From Yuukianura sp. NJ FZ-2021 (taxonomy: Eukaryota): a stretch of 64,000 nucleotides of DNA. How positions within the stretch are numbered: the stretch's first letter is position 1; each line of letters starts with the position of its first letter. Both the position numbers and the translations under genes were made by a program. The stretch covers positions 2,728,001 to 2,792,000 of the forward strand of contig CM102287.1 of assembly GCA_046563655.1 (NCBI GenBank), written 5' to 3'. This document shows positions 10,380 through 23,574 of this stretch, piece by piece. The notes under the pieces are model-generated. The model saw only the letters and a program-made list of their open reading frames with translations. It was not told the DNA's origin and did not search any database.

Positions 10380-11768
10380 TAGGAGATAGCAATTGGATAA
10401 GCTTTCATTAGTTCCTAAACTAACTAAGGTGTCAGTACTTAACTTACCAAGTCAGAAGAGGTCAGCGTTAGGATCAGACACTCCTGTCCTTCTTACAAAG
10501 AATCGCTATTCGCTAGTGCTGGTGGGACGGTGGGAGGTTTCTTCTTGTCTTTGATATTCCGATCTAACTTCCGGTTAAAGATGGCTTCGTAAGGATCAAG
10601 TTAATGCAAGTATCGACTATCGAGATTCTGATATCGAGATAACGAGCAAATATCCTGGATGGAGGAGCGAATGAAAAATGACACAAAAACGACGAAAACA
10701 AATTTCTCAGCCGGTGAACATGAACACGAACAGTTTAATAGGGAAGGGAAGTTCCGTTAATGGGATCACGTGGTACGTATGCAGATAAGCAAATAATTTT
10801 AAGCGGGAAGTCCAAATTCAAATACAGGGGTAACTAATCCTCGGATTTTTGAAACTTCTCACCTAGCGAATATGTCTGACGAAAAAGTTAAACCAGGCGA
10901 TTAAAGTATTTAATTAATTATGTATAATAAATCAAATCGCAAATGATTTGAGTTTAAAAGTTTGAAATTTATTTACGTGAATAAACACCTACCCCCCACT
11001 CCATTCATCTGCACCCGACACACAGACGCGTTCAAGAATTTTATATAAGAAACATTAATTCTTAATTATTGGGGAACATAAAAATAAAACAGGTAAAATT
11101 ATAAGATTATCATTGACATTTCGAAATGCAAAGCCAGTTTACATCTCTTTTGTGTTCTGAATCAGGAGAGCGATAAATAGTAATAGTTAATGCTAAACAC
11201 TAATAAAAGTTTCTAAAAACCAAAAAGGGAAACCAGTTTAAAAGTTTTTCTTGAACATTTTCTAAACCTATATACGTTTTGAATACCCTCATAAATTGTG
11301 AACTAAAATGTGTTTCATTTCAAGTTATGGCTTTAACTCAATTTTTATAATTAATAGTAACTAAATTTATGACACAATTTCATATCCATTCATACTTTTA
11401 GTCACTACTATTTGTGTGGATTTCTACTATGTTACAAGGGGGCAGTTTCTGAAGCTGTCTAAACCCATCATGAATTAGCAATTACTTGGTAATTAGTTTA
11501 ATTACAATACATTTTATAACTCTGTTTGAGCCAAACAGACTACAAAGTTAGCCTAACTGGTAAAATGTCTTGATTTGCTAACTTGAATTTGTGAATTAAA
11601 GCATAGGATTTGTATTTAAAACTACTTAATAAGGAACAGCAATACTTTTGCAAAAATCTACAGAGGCAGAGAAGCATTTCTCTCAAAATCTGAAACAGGA
11701 AACTACTTTTTTGAAACTTTCACTTTTTTTTTTCGAAATTTGAAAACAGATGGGTTGAAGTTGATGAC

Positions 11769-14700
11769 CTAAACATGATCTGATGGTGAAGATTTCCAAG
11801 GAGTAAGACCCAGAACTAAATTACGAGGAGAATGACCCATTCTTTGTGCACGAGCTGCAAAAACAAAACAAAAGTTCAAAAATTAGTACAATTTAAAAAG
11901 ACAATCCACTCAAATGTTCAAAAATTCTAAAATTTTCTGTTTCTCTGTTTGAAAATCTAAATATCTTCCCAAAACTAAAAATTCCAGCAAATAACAATCG
12001 CAACACTTTCGAATTCGACATCGAATGAAAACAAGCCAAAACGAAAATTTTGGGAAGAAAATGAAAAAGTCACACTTTTGTAAAGGAATCGGAGATGAAG
12101 ATTACCTGTCTGTCAATTTGCAATTATTCGAAACATTTTCATCAACTAAACTCGTCAGTCTTCTCAAAAAATCAACTTTTTCGTAATTTCACTTTTTGAA
12201 AATAAAACTTAAAATGTTCTCAAGTCCGCAACACTTAAATTAAACTAACCACGACACAATTAAGAGGGAATCGTCACATATTTTTAAAAAACGTTACTAA
12301 AACCTGAAACTGTGTAACTGTTGTGTAGAAGGTCAGAGGTTGTGACAAAACGTGTTTAAGCTTAAGCTAGCACAACAATAGACGAAGACACAAATGGAGA
12401 AGGTCACAAACAGAATTTCATTTGAAACAGCTTCAAGTAGAACAGAAGAAAGACGATGGTGACGACAGGGAGTTTAGGCGTTGCGCTTTTTGGATCTGCG
12501 TTCTGAAACGTTTTACAGAAATTTTTTAAAAAGCAATTTTTTTGAAAACTAAAAATTCAAACGCACCTTCACAAATACATGCCTTTCGTGAACTCAAAAA
12601 AACGACATTTACATGCTCAAAACTCAAAAATACAGACGACATTCTCTGAATTACCAAACTATTAGTTGAAAGTAATTGAATTAGCTAAGTAATTGAATTA
12701 GTTAAGTAATTACTTGTAATTACCTGGTAATTAGTAACTTCTGCTAACTTTTGGAATTGGTTTGAGGTTGCAGGTTACTGGTCACGCCCAATTCGCTTCA
12801 ACCGCCCTACGTTATGCACAAAACAACACAAAAATCACACACATGCACTTTTTAGTAAAAAGTTAAACTTTTTAAGAGAAAAGTGAAAACTAAGAGTTAA
12901 AAGTTAGGTGTAATTAAAGTTAAAAGTTAAGTTTAACTCAACAGGCAGAGTTAGTTTAACAAAAACACCAAATCATCGTTAAAGTTAATTGAGCCGTTAG
13001 TTAATTAGCTTACTTCTGTCCAAGTTTCGTTGTAAGTGAGTGGCTACGCGATTCCTGGCATCGTTGTATTCAAAATGAAGTCCTAGTCTCAGAATGACTG
13101 GATTTTGCTCTACTAAGGTCGTAATGTCAGTTTCAATTTTATTTCCCAGCGTCTGTTGTCTCTGGAATTTCAAAAATTTAGAACAAAACAAAGTCATTAG
13201 TAAGTTTTCAGCGTCTTTCCTTGGAGCAACATTGGTAGTTTCCATTTGGTGTAAAAATGAATAACTGCGCTTTGGACGACCTACTACTGTGAAATCCAAA
13301 ATCATATGGAAACTTTTCAATCGTCTCTACCAAGATTATCTTTCGCTGCATCGCTTGGAGCGATTCGCCTAAACTGGCAACTTGCCTTTTCTCTACCCGT
13401 TGGCAATGATTAATCTTTTTCCTTGAAGCGTGCAACATGAAAAGTATGACAATGATTTCTAAAAACAGTGACACAGCAAGCGTCATCAGCAGCAGTATTT
13501 CGCTTCAATGACTTTGGATTTTGAAAATTTTGAGCAACGCAAAAATCGCTTCCAGCGAAACTCACTTGGTTCGAAGCTCGGAATTCTTCAACGTACTTCT
13601 GACAGAGCAAGGATTTGACCAAAGCGACGAGCGTAGTTGGGCTCAAATTGTTCGACTCCACACTGAAAACAGAAAACAGAACTCAAAATTACGAAATTCA
13701 AAAATTAGCACATCGTAAACATGTCACATGTCATCTTTGTATCACTAAACTAAACATGAAATTTTCAAATTAAGGTCGCAGAGATTCATGGTGGCACCAA
13801 TAAGTGATACGTTTCAGTTTTTCAAATAACTGAAACGAATTACGCTTCTTTTTGGCCTTTGTTTTCTCTGAAGCTTGCCAAACCTCCTTGAAGACACGCA
13901 AATAAAAAATGCGAAATGTCTTAACAATATTTTGATTCAGCGATTCAGGAATCAGAGTATTCCTGAATCGCTGAATCTCAAGGTGAGAAGAACCTTTGCC
14001 AAAATATTTTGGGGACATTTAGCTCATTTTGGAATCTGATCTTTGTCTTAATTTAAAAAGAGAGTGATAAATATCTCACTTGATGGTACGTAGTGAGCTA
14101 TTCTTTTCAAGGGCATCAGCCAGTACGAGTCCAGGCTTGTCCCCGAGTCCTGTGTTGGACAGGCTCAAAGACTCCAAGTGGGTGTTCGACTTTAGAGCCT
14201 CGAAAAGGGAAATGAAGTGCTGATCTGAAATCTATTTCAACATAAAAAGTTCAATTAATGTCACTTTCAAGGTTTGTTTTAGTTGAAGAGTGGGAAGTTT
14301 TCATATCTTACTTGGATATTGTTCAAATTGAGTTTGGTCAGATTGTAGTCGTCGTCCCGTGTCTGTTTGATGGATTTCTCAATGTCAGTTAGATTCGGAG
14401 GTTCAAAGGGCAAAGCTTTGGGTTGGTAGGCTTTGGCTGTTCCGTTGAACCCAAGTCCAAGTTTCTGTCCTTTGTTGAGCAAGGAATTTTGGTACTGCTC
14501 TTGATTCATCATCGAATGGAATCCCAGAATTGCTAAAAAGGTCAAGGTGGGGTCAATTTTAACTGAAAACTTGAAGGTACTGATGTAGTTCTTAAAAAAC
14601 TTAGTTTTACCAGCCAAATCGACGAGTTCTTCTTCGGAAGCGTGTGTCAGAGCATTCTCGTACTCGTCACCCAAGTCAATGGCAATTTCCTCCTCCTGTT

Positions 14701-17700
14701 TACTTATTGGCTTCACTGGCGGAATCCACTTCTTTCCGCGAATCGTTCCGGCAATGTATGGTTTCAGTTCGGGTCGATCCGGCGTCTCCATTGCAATTTT
14801 ATTGATAAAGTCAATAAGTTGCTTTCGGTTGACCGGCCCAGTAGGGCCCTTGTCACAGGCGTAACTCGTCCTTTGATCCGGTGGTAACAGATTATCCTGA
14901 AACATAAAAAGTACTTTCAGTTTTAAATTCTATTGTAGTCAATTGATAGTTTCTTCAGTTTATTTACATCGGGGTCAACATCCTTGGAAAGCAAGTCAAG
15001 TTCTTCTGGTGTGAGATGAGTCAGAAGTTCATCTACGTCCATATGCTCGTATTCGGACAGATCCCTTCCGTAGAGCTTCCGCGTGGTCATCGTCTTGGTC
15101 ATGGTGGTCGTGGCCGTCGTGTTCTAAAACGAAAAAAGAACGACATGAAACATTGTTGGGATTCCCCAAAAAATCAATTCTCATCCATAACTTCTACTTT
15201 AATAACTACGTCTGTCCAGATCCAATCAGCTGTCACTGTCACTGTGACATGACCTCGTCCAGGCCCTTGATTGGCAATTAACACTTACAAACAATCAGAT
15301 TAGATTAAATTTAAAACGGAATACACAAGCCATAAGTAGTGGATGACCCCGCCCTAAATTCTGATCCAAAGTCCAAAGTGTTGTAAACAAATTCCTTACC
15401 AAGTGTGACGAGGCCATACTTCTTCTCTAAACTGAGTACTACTTAACACCTCCTTCTACTACTTTCCAGTAGACCACTTGAGTTAATTGACAATCAATTA
15501 ACTTAATCAATTACTCAACACCTCCCAGACTGCGAGACTCCCACAAAAAAAAAGTAAAAGTTGTCAACAAAGTCAAATTCAAAGTCCCCACGCTTTCTCC
15601 GAACAAAAAAAAACGTCTCACTTCGCCCCAATTTTTGTGGTCGCCTAATCCTCTGAATTTCGTTTTCACTCGAATCTCTCTAAATTTCGCACTTTGGTTA
15701 ACTTTAATTGTAATTAAAATTCAAAAGTAATTAAGATAGTTAATTGGTTCAGAACTGCGTCTCGAGGTACAATTAGCAGAGGCTTACGATGATTACTGAG
15801 AGACTGAAACTGTGGAGCTTTATGATAAAAGCGGAAACTACCAATTTGCAATTTGAATTGCCTATGTTTTGCCTAGATAATTTTTAAGTGGAGTTGAAGT
15901 TTGCGATTACGCATTCCTATTTTTAAAGTCTCTAATCTGTACAAGTCACGCACGTACAAATGCAAATGGTCAACAAAAAATACATTTTAGGGTGTGGACA
16001 AACTTTATAAACTTAAGAACGTTATGCAATTTTTGTCTTTTTGCTTACCATGATTAGTCAAATGTTAAATCGAGCCCAACCCCACACTTTTACGTAACAC
16101 ACTTTTTACACCAAAATTTCAAATTATTAAAAAACTAGACAATTGAACACCAAGGTGTTTGCAACATGTTGAAGATAGACTGTGTTCTATCTACTCTTTA
16201 GCACATCTTGTGCCAAACTAAAAGTATTTCATAAAAGCACTTTTTCATTTACTTTTGGAAAAGAGAAAACAGAAAAAGTGTAAATTAATATTTCATTTTC
16301 CAAATAAGAAAAACCGTGTCACAGAGTTCAAAAGACTGAAAACAAAAGAAAAACAAATGAAATCTTAGGAATAAGGAGGGAGTCAACTTAACCCCAAAAT
16401 TTCATATGCATCTTCACAATCTTTAACACGTTTTTCAAAATTTTCAAATCCCAAAAATTAGAATTTCATAACCAAAATTTGTGTCAACACAAATCATTTT
16501 CAATTCAGAATTGATGGAATCTTCATCCTCAAATAATTTACTATTAAAAAAGTGACAAATCGCACATCGTAAATCAAGCATTTGAGTTGCAAAAGGGAAA
16601 ATTTCGACAAAAAAGAAATACAGAATGGATTTCCGTGTTTAAAAGTGAGGAAGTGAGTTGTTTTGTTCGTTGCTGTTTTAAATTCTGAGATGGAAGATTG
16701 GAGAGTAAAAGAAGAAGTTAAAATTAGCTCTTTTGATTCTATTTGAACAAGACAGAGACCAAATTCTAAAAATAACATCCACACTTTCTTTGGTTTTAAA
16801 CAATTCAAACATCATCCTAAACATACTACAGTACCAACTGTGCGAATTCAAAAAAAAATACAAAGCGAAGACCATGAAAAAAGTTAGGTTTTAGTGGTTT
16901 TAGACAGTTTTTTTTAAAAAGAAAGCTTTTTGAAGCAGAATTGGGAATTTGCAAAACTTGTAGACAAAATTTCTAATCTTACATACGCAAAAGGTTTACA
17001 TACGAAACTGAAAAGTAGATTGTAAAATTCCTCGATTCTTTTCAGTTTTTTATTTAAATGGCGTTGTGCTTACTCATAAAAAAAATAATAGAAAATTTCA
17101 TTTTTTTAAGTTTAAAATTTTGAATCCAAAGTTCAGGAGAATCAATCAGTCATCATGGGAAAATATTTTACCTGTCCAACCTCCCTAAACTTTTCTAAAC
17201 TTTTGAAAACTTGTTCGTTTTTGAAAAAGTTTTTTTTTTCTAAAAAAAAATCGCTCCCTTAAAGTGAGAATGGAGACGAACCATTATTTCCGCTTGTTCA
17301 AATATAAGACGTAAATCTTCAACGGGAATTTTCAATTTTGTTTTTACGCTGTAAATCAAAAAGTAAACAAAATGATGAACTTAAGGTAAAATTTAGTGAG
17401 AAAGTTTTTTTCTAAAGTTTGAAGCCAATTTTTTCCTGTTTTTAGATCAAGGTAGCAGTCAATTATGTTGCAACTTTCACATAAAAATTCAGCGCATCGA
17501 AGCAACAAGAATTTAAAACGTGACTTTTTCTTCACTTTTTTTTTTGAAAAGATAAATAACGAAAGACACTTCAGTCCATTCTCAATAACTAACGTTATGA
17601 AAAGTTTAGAAAAACTGTTCGAGTTGGTTTGAAATTTCCTGGTTTTTAATGGGTTCATTCACACTGCAGTCCAAATCCAGACACAAACTGTGGGTTTAAC

Positions 17701-20700
17701 TCAAAATCTCTGTTAGAAACAAAAAAAAATGTTCATGCTTGTGTTCAAATATGTTTGAACAAAAATGTTGAAAAGTGAGACCGACGTTTTCTATGCAAGC
17801 TCTAATCTAAAAATTTCCTAAGTTCCACATCTGTTCCTTTCTGTTCGAGAAAGTTCCAAGTCTTGTTTTTTTTTTTAAAAAGTTTCCAAATGAAAAGAGC
17901 GTCTTTGTTGTGTTAATGAATTTGAAAAGAAATTGGCAATTTGGCATAAGACGAACCACACAAAAAAAAACGGAAGCGGTTTTAATTAAGCTGTTTATTT
18001 ATGGTCACTTGGATTTTAGTAAAAACCACTTTTACTTTTTCAAATTTATTACGAAGGATTAGCACTTTTTTTGAATTTTGAAAACAGAATTTCGTTGTTC
18101 TAAAAAAGTCATCTCTAATTTTCTAGAAATCTTTCATGAATCAACGGAATTATCAAAAGGTTGAATCTGCGGATAAAAAAAATTCAATGCCAAAAATTAT
18201 TTGTACAAAAGGACGGAAATTTTTGCCAAAAAAAACTTCTCTCTTTCAACGTAAAAACAAAATGTCAAAATTGGATGTCCAAGACGCAAAAAACGTTTCG
18301 CGACATGTGTAACCTTCAATTTTGCGAATTTTGCAACAATTTGCTACGATTTTCAAAAATATCTCGCGAAAAACACAATTCAACGTCACAACTTGAAAAA
18401 TTGTATTTTTCTAGCAAAAAGCACGTCATAATTTTTTCCGGCTTTCAACTTAAACATCCAAAATAAAAATTTTCGTCATTTTTGTTTTGAATTTTTTTTT
18501 GAAAAGGACTTCAAAGTGCTTTCTTTTCAAAATTTCCATTTTTAAGAGAAAGTTGTTACCGTGCGGTTGTCGAACACCGTGAACCCAAAGGACATCGCTT
18601 CCATCATTTGCGTCATTTTCAGTCTCAAATTTTCGTAAATTGGAAAGTTATGAAATTTTTCAGCTTTTCAGCTTTCAATTTTTTAAACTCAACTTGTAAC
18701 CACGAGTATACACATCTGATAAAAACTTCAGTTTACACGTTTTCCAGTTTTCAAAATTTGCAAACTTTTTCAAATTTGGAAAAACACAAATTTACACTCA
18801 AGGACAACACAAGGTTTGACCAGACGAGACAACACAAAGTGTTAACAGACAAAACAGAAACTTTTACAAAAATTACTTCCACATGAACACGAATTCAACA
18901 AGTTCAAAACCTTCTGTTTCGAATTCCAGTTTTTCAAAAAGTTTTTTCCAACTTTCTTCAAAATCTTTGACCTTCTTGGTAAGTGTCAAAGTGATTGATT
19001 GCTAATTGCTGTAAGATGTAACAATTTTTTTGAAATTCAGTTTCTCGACTACTCTGTTGGTTGAACTTGGGAAGTTTTAAAGTGGAATGCGAAAGGACTG
19101 AAGATGAAATAAGACGAAGGGAGAGATGCATATACTCAAATTGGGAAGTGGTGGAGGGAGGCGGGTATTTTCGGGTGCTTTTCTAGAAACTTGAAACTCC
19201 CAGAAATCATGTGAAAAAAATATGGAAGTTTACGAACACTGGATCTTAAAATGGAATCGCGTGCCAGAATTCAGTTTTGGAAGATCTTAACCAGAGAAAA
19301 AGTGAAATCCGGAGAGATGGTGGTTAGGCTTAAGTTTTTGTTAACGATGCGAAGTAGTATTTTTCGGGTTGCAAAGATCATGGATTTGGTAGGCTGAAGA
19401 CGCAAGGCAAAGGCAGACGACGTTTTCATACCAAAACACTTTCCAATTCACTAGAAAAATAGGTCTGGTGCCAACAAAACTAATAGGAAAGTCCCCATGC
19501 GACCAAACACCTAAAAAAACTAAAAACGAACAAAAATGTTGATTTCTGTTTTCGAAAATTGGTCAAAATTGCATCTACAATGCAATGATATAAACTAATC
19601 AACAGATTTTTTTTTTACTTTTTTTACTTTTTGTGCATGGGTACATTAGAGCAGTCGGCTTTACTTCAACCGAAACTTTTTAAATTCACATCTTCTGCCT
19701 TGATTAAAAAAAATGCTGAACGGCGCTTGTAAACATCAAAGTTTTTGTCAATTTTTGAGTTTTTATCAAATTAGACAAAGTTTTTAGTGAAAGTCAATGT
19801 TAAAATTTTAGCCTCCACTAAATTGGTAAAACTTTTTTGAAGGTGAAAGTCAAATTTTGAACCTTGGCCTTCACTTTTTAAAGGTTCCTTTGACTTTGGA
19901 TTTGCAATTTACAGAAAGAGAAGCGTGTCTTTGTTGAAATGTGTCTAAAAGCGTCCGGAAGACGCCGTGTTCTGACGTCTTCCGTCCAACTTGATCTTTG
20001 TTGTAAGTGCCAAATCCCCTCTCATCTCCATCTCCAACTACTTTTTTTAGTCTTTTAAATTTTTTAGTCTTTTAAGTTGAAGTCTGTCTGATGAAGTGGT
20101 TTGACCTTGCAACGTGACATCACTCAAAAACCTACGAAAATTGCTCACCAGCTTCCCTGCCCATCACCCCGTGACTGATCTCTGCCAATGAAAATCTGCA
20201 GATCTTCAAAAAATGATTTACAAATCTCCCAAATTCACAATTTTTTGTTAAAAATGTTGACCTTGCCAAAATTAGAAACGGGGCGGTCGGTATTTAAATC
20301 TGCTGCTCGTTAACATTATTCTGAATGTCACAATTAGAAAAACTTGAGTTTTTTGTTCAAAATTTTCAAGAACGCACACGAAAAAATTTCTTGTGTGAAA
20401 GAACTTCTTCACCGTTTAAATTTTAAAACATTTTATGCTACGTGTTAAAAATTTTTTTGATTGTCTAGGTGATTTTACACTTTAAAGTTAACCTTAGTTT
20501 AGATTTAAGTAATTTTTAATTAAAATTACTTATTAACTGCTGCTAATTTTTTTTTCGTTGTACAAACTCCTAGTTGATTCCTTCAATAACTTTTTAAAAC
20601 TTACCTCGTCAATTTTATACGTTGTTTTTTTAATAACTTTGCGACGAACTTCTCCATCATCGTTTTCATCCTCCTCATGCTGCTCCTCTTCATTCAAAAT

Positions 20701-20736
20701 TTCGTTTTCCTTTTCAGAATCACCCATGTCGCCCAT
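11769..20736 (-). CDS. tmod: Tropomodulin with alternative first and last exons
   Basis: Core exons 15123-14968, 14896-14611, 14532-14312, 14231-14080, 13662-13566 and 13161-13014 (KLYGRDLSEYEHMDVDELLTHLTPEEL, DNLLPPDQRT, TGPVNRKQL, EELVDLAAILGFHSMMNQEQY, LRR caps, LQRNLDR). Phase-0 first exons at 20736-20605, 18607-18560 and 15417-15400; phase-1 last exons at 12806-12775, 12502-12474 and 11854-11769. Confidence 0.95.
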
Positions 20737-21887
20737 TTTATTTCAAATTCTACGACAGTTTCAACTTTTTTCAAATTTTGGACTTTAAACTTTCACTCGT
20801 TTCAGTTTCAGCTTCCCAGTAGCACAATTGAGTCAAAGTAAAAGTTAACTTTCACTTTAGTTTTAGTTTTCTTCGAAAGTTTATCGTTTGAGATTTGAAT
20901 TCAAAATTCCGGATTCGTTCGTAGGCGTTTTTCAACTGATTTTCTGTGATTCCTTGCAGTTTTTGTTTTAGACAATTGAAATTAGGGAGTTATTGAAGTC
21001 GTGTTGATTGAATTTGAAGTTTTGGAATTCTAACAAAGATTTTTGGACTGTGAACCGAGGTTGAGTTGTTACGAAATCGTAATTCGGGTGGGAATGGCAC
21101 ATCGAGCAGAGTCATTTTCCGGATTCGGTTTTTCAGTTTGCTAGTACACGCAGATCACTTGTGCAAAAACTATTCTGGCCAACCTTCTCGGGGCTATGAC
21201 GTTTCGCAAAAACAACATCCATGGATCCCCACCATAGAAATCTCCGCCTCTCCAAGAAAAAATTTTAGTTTTGGCCAGTTGCCTACATTTCTCAAACTGT
21301 TTTCTTTCAATTTCTGTTCTTCTGCTGGTCTTGAACAAAAAGCTTCCAAAAAATTCTAATTTAAAAGCATACCCTCAGGCGGAAGCCAAAATCTAAGCTC
21401 AAATTTATGATTGACAGGAAAGGTGGGGATATGAAACGCAAAGTTAGTTTTAATTATTGCAACTTTTGAGTTAAATTATCAAGTAATTGACTGTTTTTAG
21501 TCAAAATGCAATTGAACTAGTTAATTAATTGTAGTTATATTAAAAGCAAATCGTAAAGGTCAGTACCAAAAGAAGCTAAACTTTCTCTCCACCTGTATCC
21601 ATCTGTGTGGCTGAGTTACGTGGCCACTCAAAAAAAAATTTCAAATCCACATCCTCACTTTTGAATTCCGCTTGGCAGGTTTACTTTCAGTCCGTTTTGG
21701 ATTAACATTTGTGGTGTGTTGACAAGGTCAGTTTGACCTTTGACCTTGACCTTTACCTAAAAGTCGACTTTTTGCATTGACATTGTTTTTAGCGTCACAG
21801 GTTAATCAATTAATTTGTTAGAAATTGGCGGTACATGGTCTGTCATCTTCGTTTTCCAGACGTTACGTTTCTAAAACCGGCAGTTCA

Positions 21888-23236
21888 ATGACCTCTGTAC
21901 GCTTATGCAGTTTAGGCCTAGTTTTAATTTTTGCAATTACTTCATGCGGTCTGGCTAAGAAACTGGAAACGATACCCGACAAGGAGTTGATGCAACTAAT
22001 CAAGACGGAAAAGTATGTAGTGGCCTTATTCAGTAAGTAATTGAACAATTGAAAATTGCAATAATGCTTAAATATGACAGCTGATTGATGATTAATCTGA
22101 GTTTTTGATTTTTAAAGGTAAAGATAACTGTGCGGAATGCCGGGAGTTGGAGCATGAACTGGCGATGACCCGGGAAGTGCTTGTGGATTCCCTTAATGCT
22201 TGGGTTGTTAAGTTAATCAACAGTCCACTAAGGAAAAACTACAGTCCAGATCCCGAACCAGCAGTTGTTTTCTTCAGAGACGGCCTTCCTTTACATTATC
22301 ATGGTACTGAAACATCAAAAGTTGGAGTTGACCTCATCTTGAGGTCAAACGTTTCGATGACGAAGTATTTGAGACCCTTATTTGGTTTTGCAGGGCCTCC
22401 GACTGAAGAAGATTTGCTCAGTAAGATCCAGAGAGCTCAAGAGACTGCTGTTAAGAATTTGGATGATTCCAATTTCGAACATTTGACTCAAGCCGGCACC
22501 GGAGCTACAACTGGCGACTGGCTAGTTATGTTGTAAGTTAGGAATTAACTAATTAACTTAGTTTGAAACTAATTAACTTACTAGTTAATGAACTTTTCAG
22601 CACGAGAGATACTTGCGAAGAGTGTAAACGTCTTGAAGCAACTTGGGAAGCCGTAGGACTGGAACTGAAAGACAGAATTAACGTAGCTCGGGTCAACAAG
22701 GGTGGTGATGGAGGTGTAACAGCTAGACGATTTGATGTGATCGATACTCCAGCATTCTTGTTGTAATGAAATCTAGAAAGTTAATTGATTAATCAATTAT
22801 TTTTGTTATAAGCTAAACTCTTCTGGATTTAGGTTTCGTCATGGGAAGATGTACCAGTATGAGCTGGATTCATACACGTTGCAGAACTTCGTAGATTTCG
22901 CTACAGATTTCTACAGAAATTCCAAAGCGATTCCAGTTCCAGCACCCAAGAGTCCATTGTAAGCTTTCAATAATTTTTCTAAACCCATTTTTCAAAATGT
23001 TGTCCAAAATTTTGAGTTTGTTAGTAAATGTAACTGTTCTGTTTTTCAGTGACGATCTTACTGAGATGATTGTGGAGAAGATGCGAGAGAATCCGCAGTT
23101 GGTAAAATTAGGCTCCATTGTGTTCACTGTCGTCTTCCTGCTGGGGATTCTTATCAAAGTGCGTGGAGGTGGCAAGAAACCAGTCAAGAAAGTGAAAACG
23201 ACCAAGAAGAAAGTGGCTGAGAAGAAAGCTGATTAA
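21888..23236 (+). CDS. ER membrane thioredoxin-fold protein (signal peptide, two CxxC Trx-like domains, C-terminal TM, KKxx)
   Basis: Exons 21888-22032, 22118-22303, 22394-22532, 22601-22762, 22833-22958 and 23050-23236. CAEC and CEEC motifs, NFEHLTQAGTGATTGDWLVMF, INVARVN, TM segment SIVFTVVFLLGILI, and a terminal KKAD ER-retrieval signal. Confidence 0.9.
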
Positions 23237-23574
23237 TAATTAATCAACTAATTATTAATTGGTTGCTACTGAATCATTAACTTACGAATTACGATGAGAA
23301 CAAGGTGGCTAAGGACGGAATCTCGATGAACGCACAAAAATCCAGCACTGAAAAACTAAATTCCAATCTGAACCAATTCTGAAGTGGCACACCAAGCACC
23401 TCAACTTGCATTTGAAACACTATCATCACATCACCCTAATCGATTACTTAATTTATTCAGAAAGTTAAGAAAATGTTATTTTGAGTAAACTTTAAAATAT
23501 TTAAACTCGTAGTGCTTAGATTAATTGAATTGGAAGGAAGCTGAACCTGGTAGTGGTAGGTAGGAAGTCCACTT

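Noticed and set aside
19956..19984. GC hairpin cggaagacg...cgtcttccg (a similar small hairpin lies at about 32876-32919)
   Set aside because: Isolated 8-9 bp stems without a CTRR Helitron end or other supporting context.
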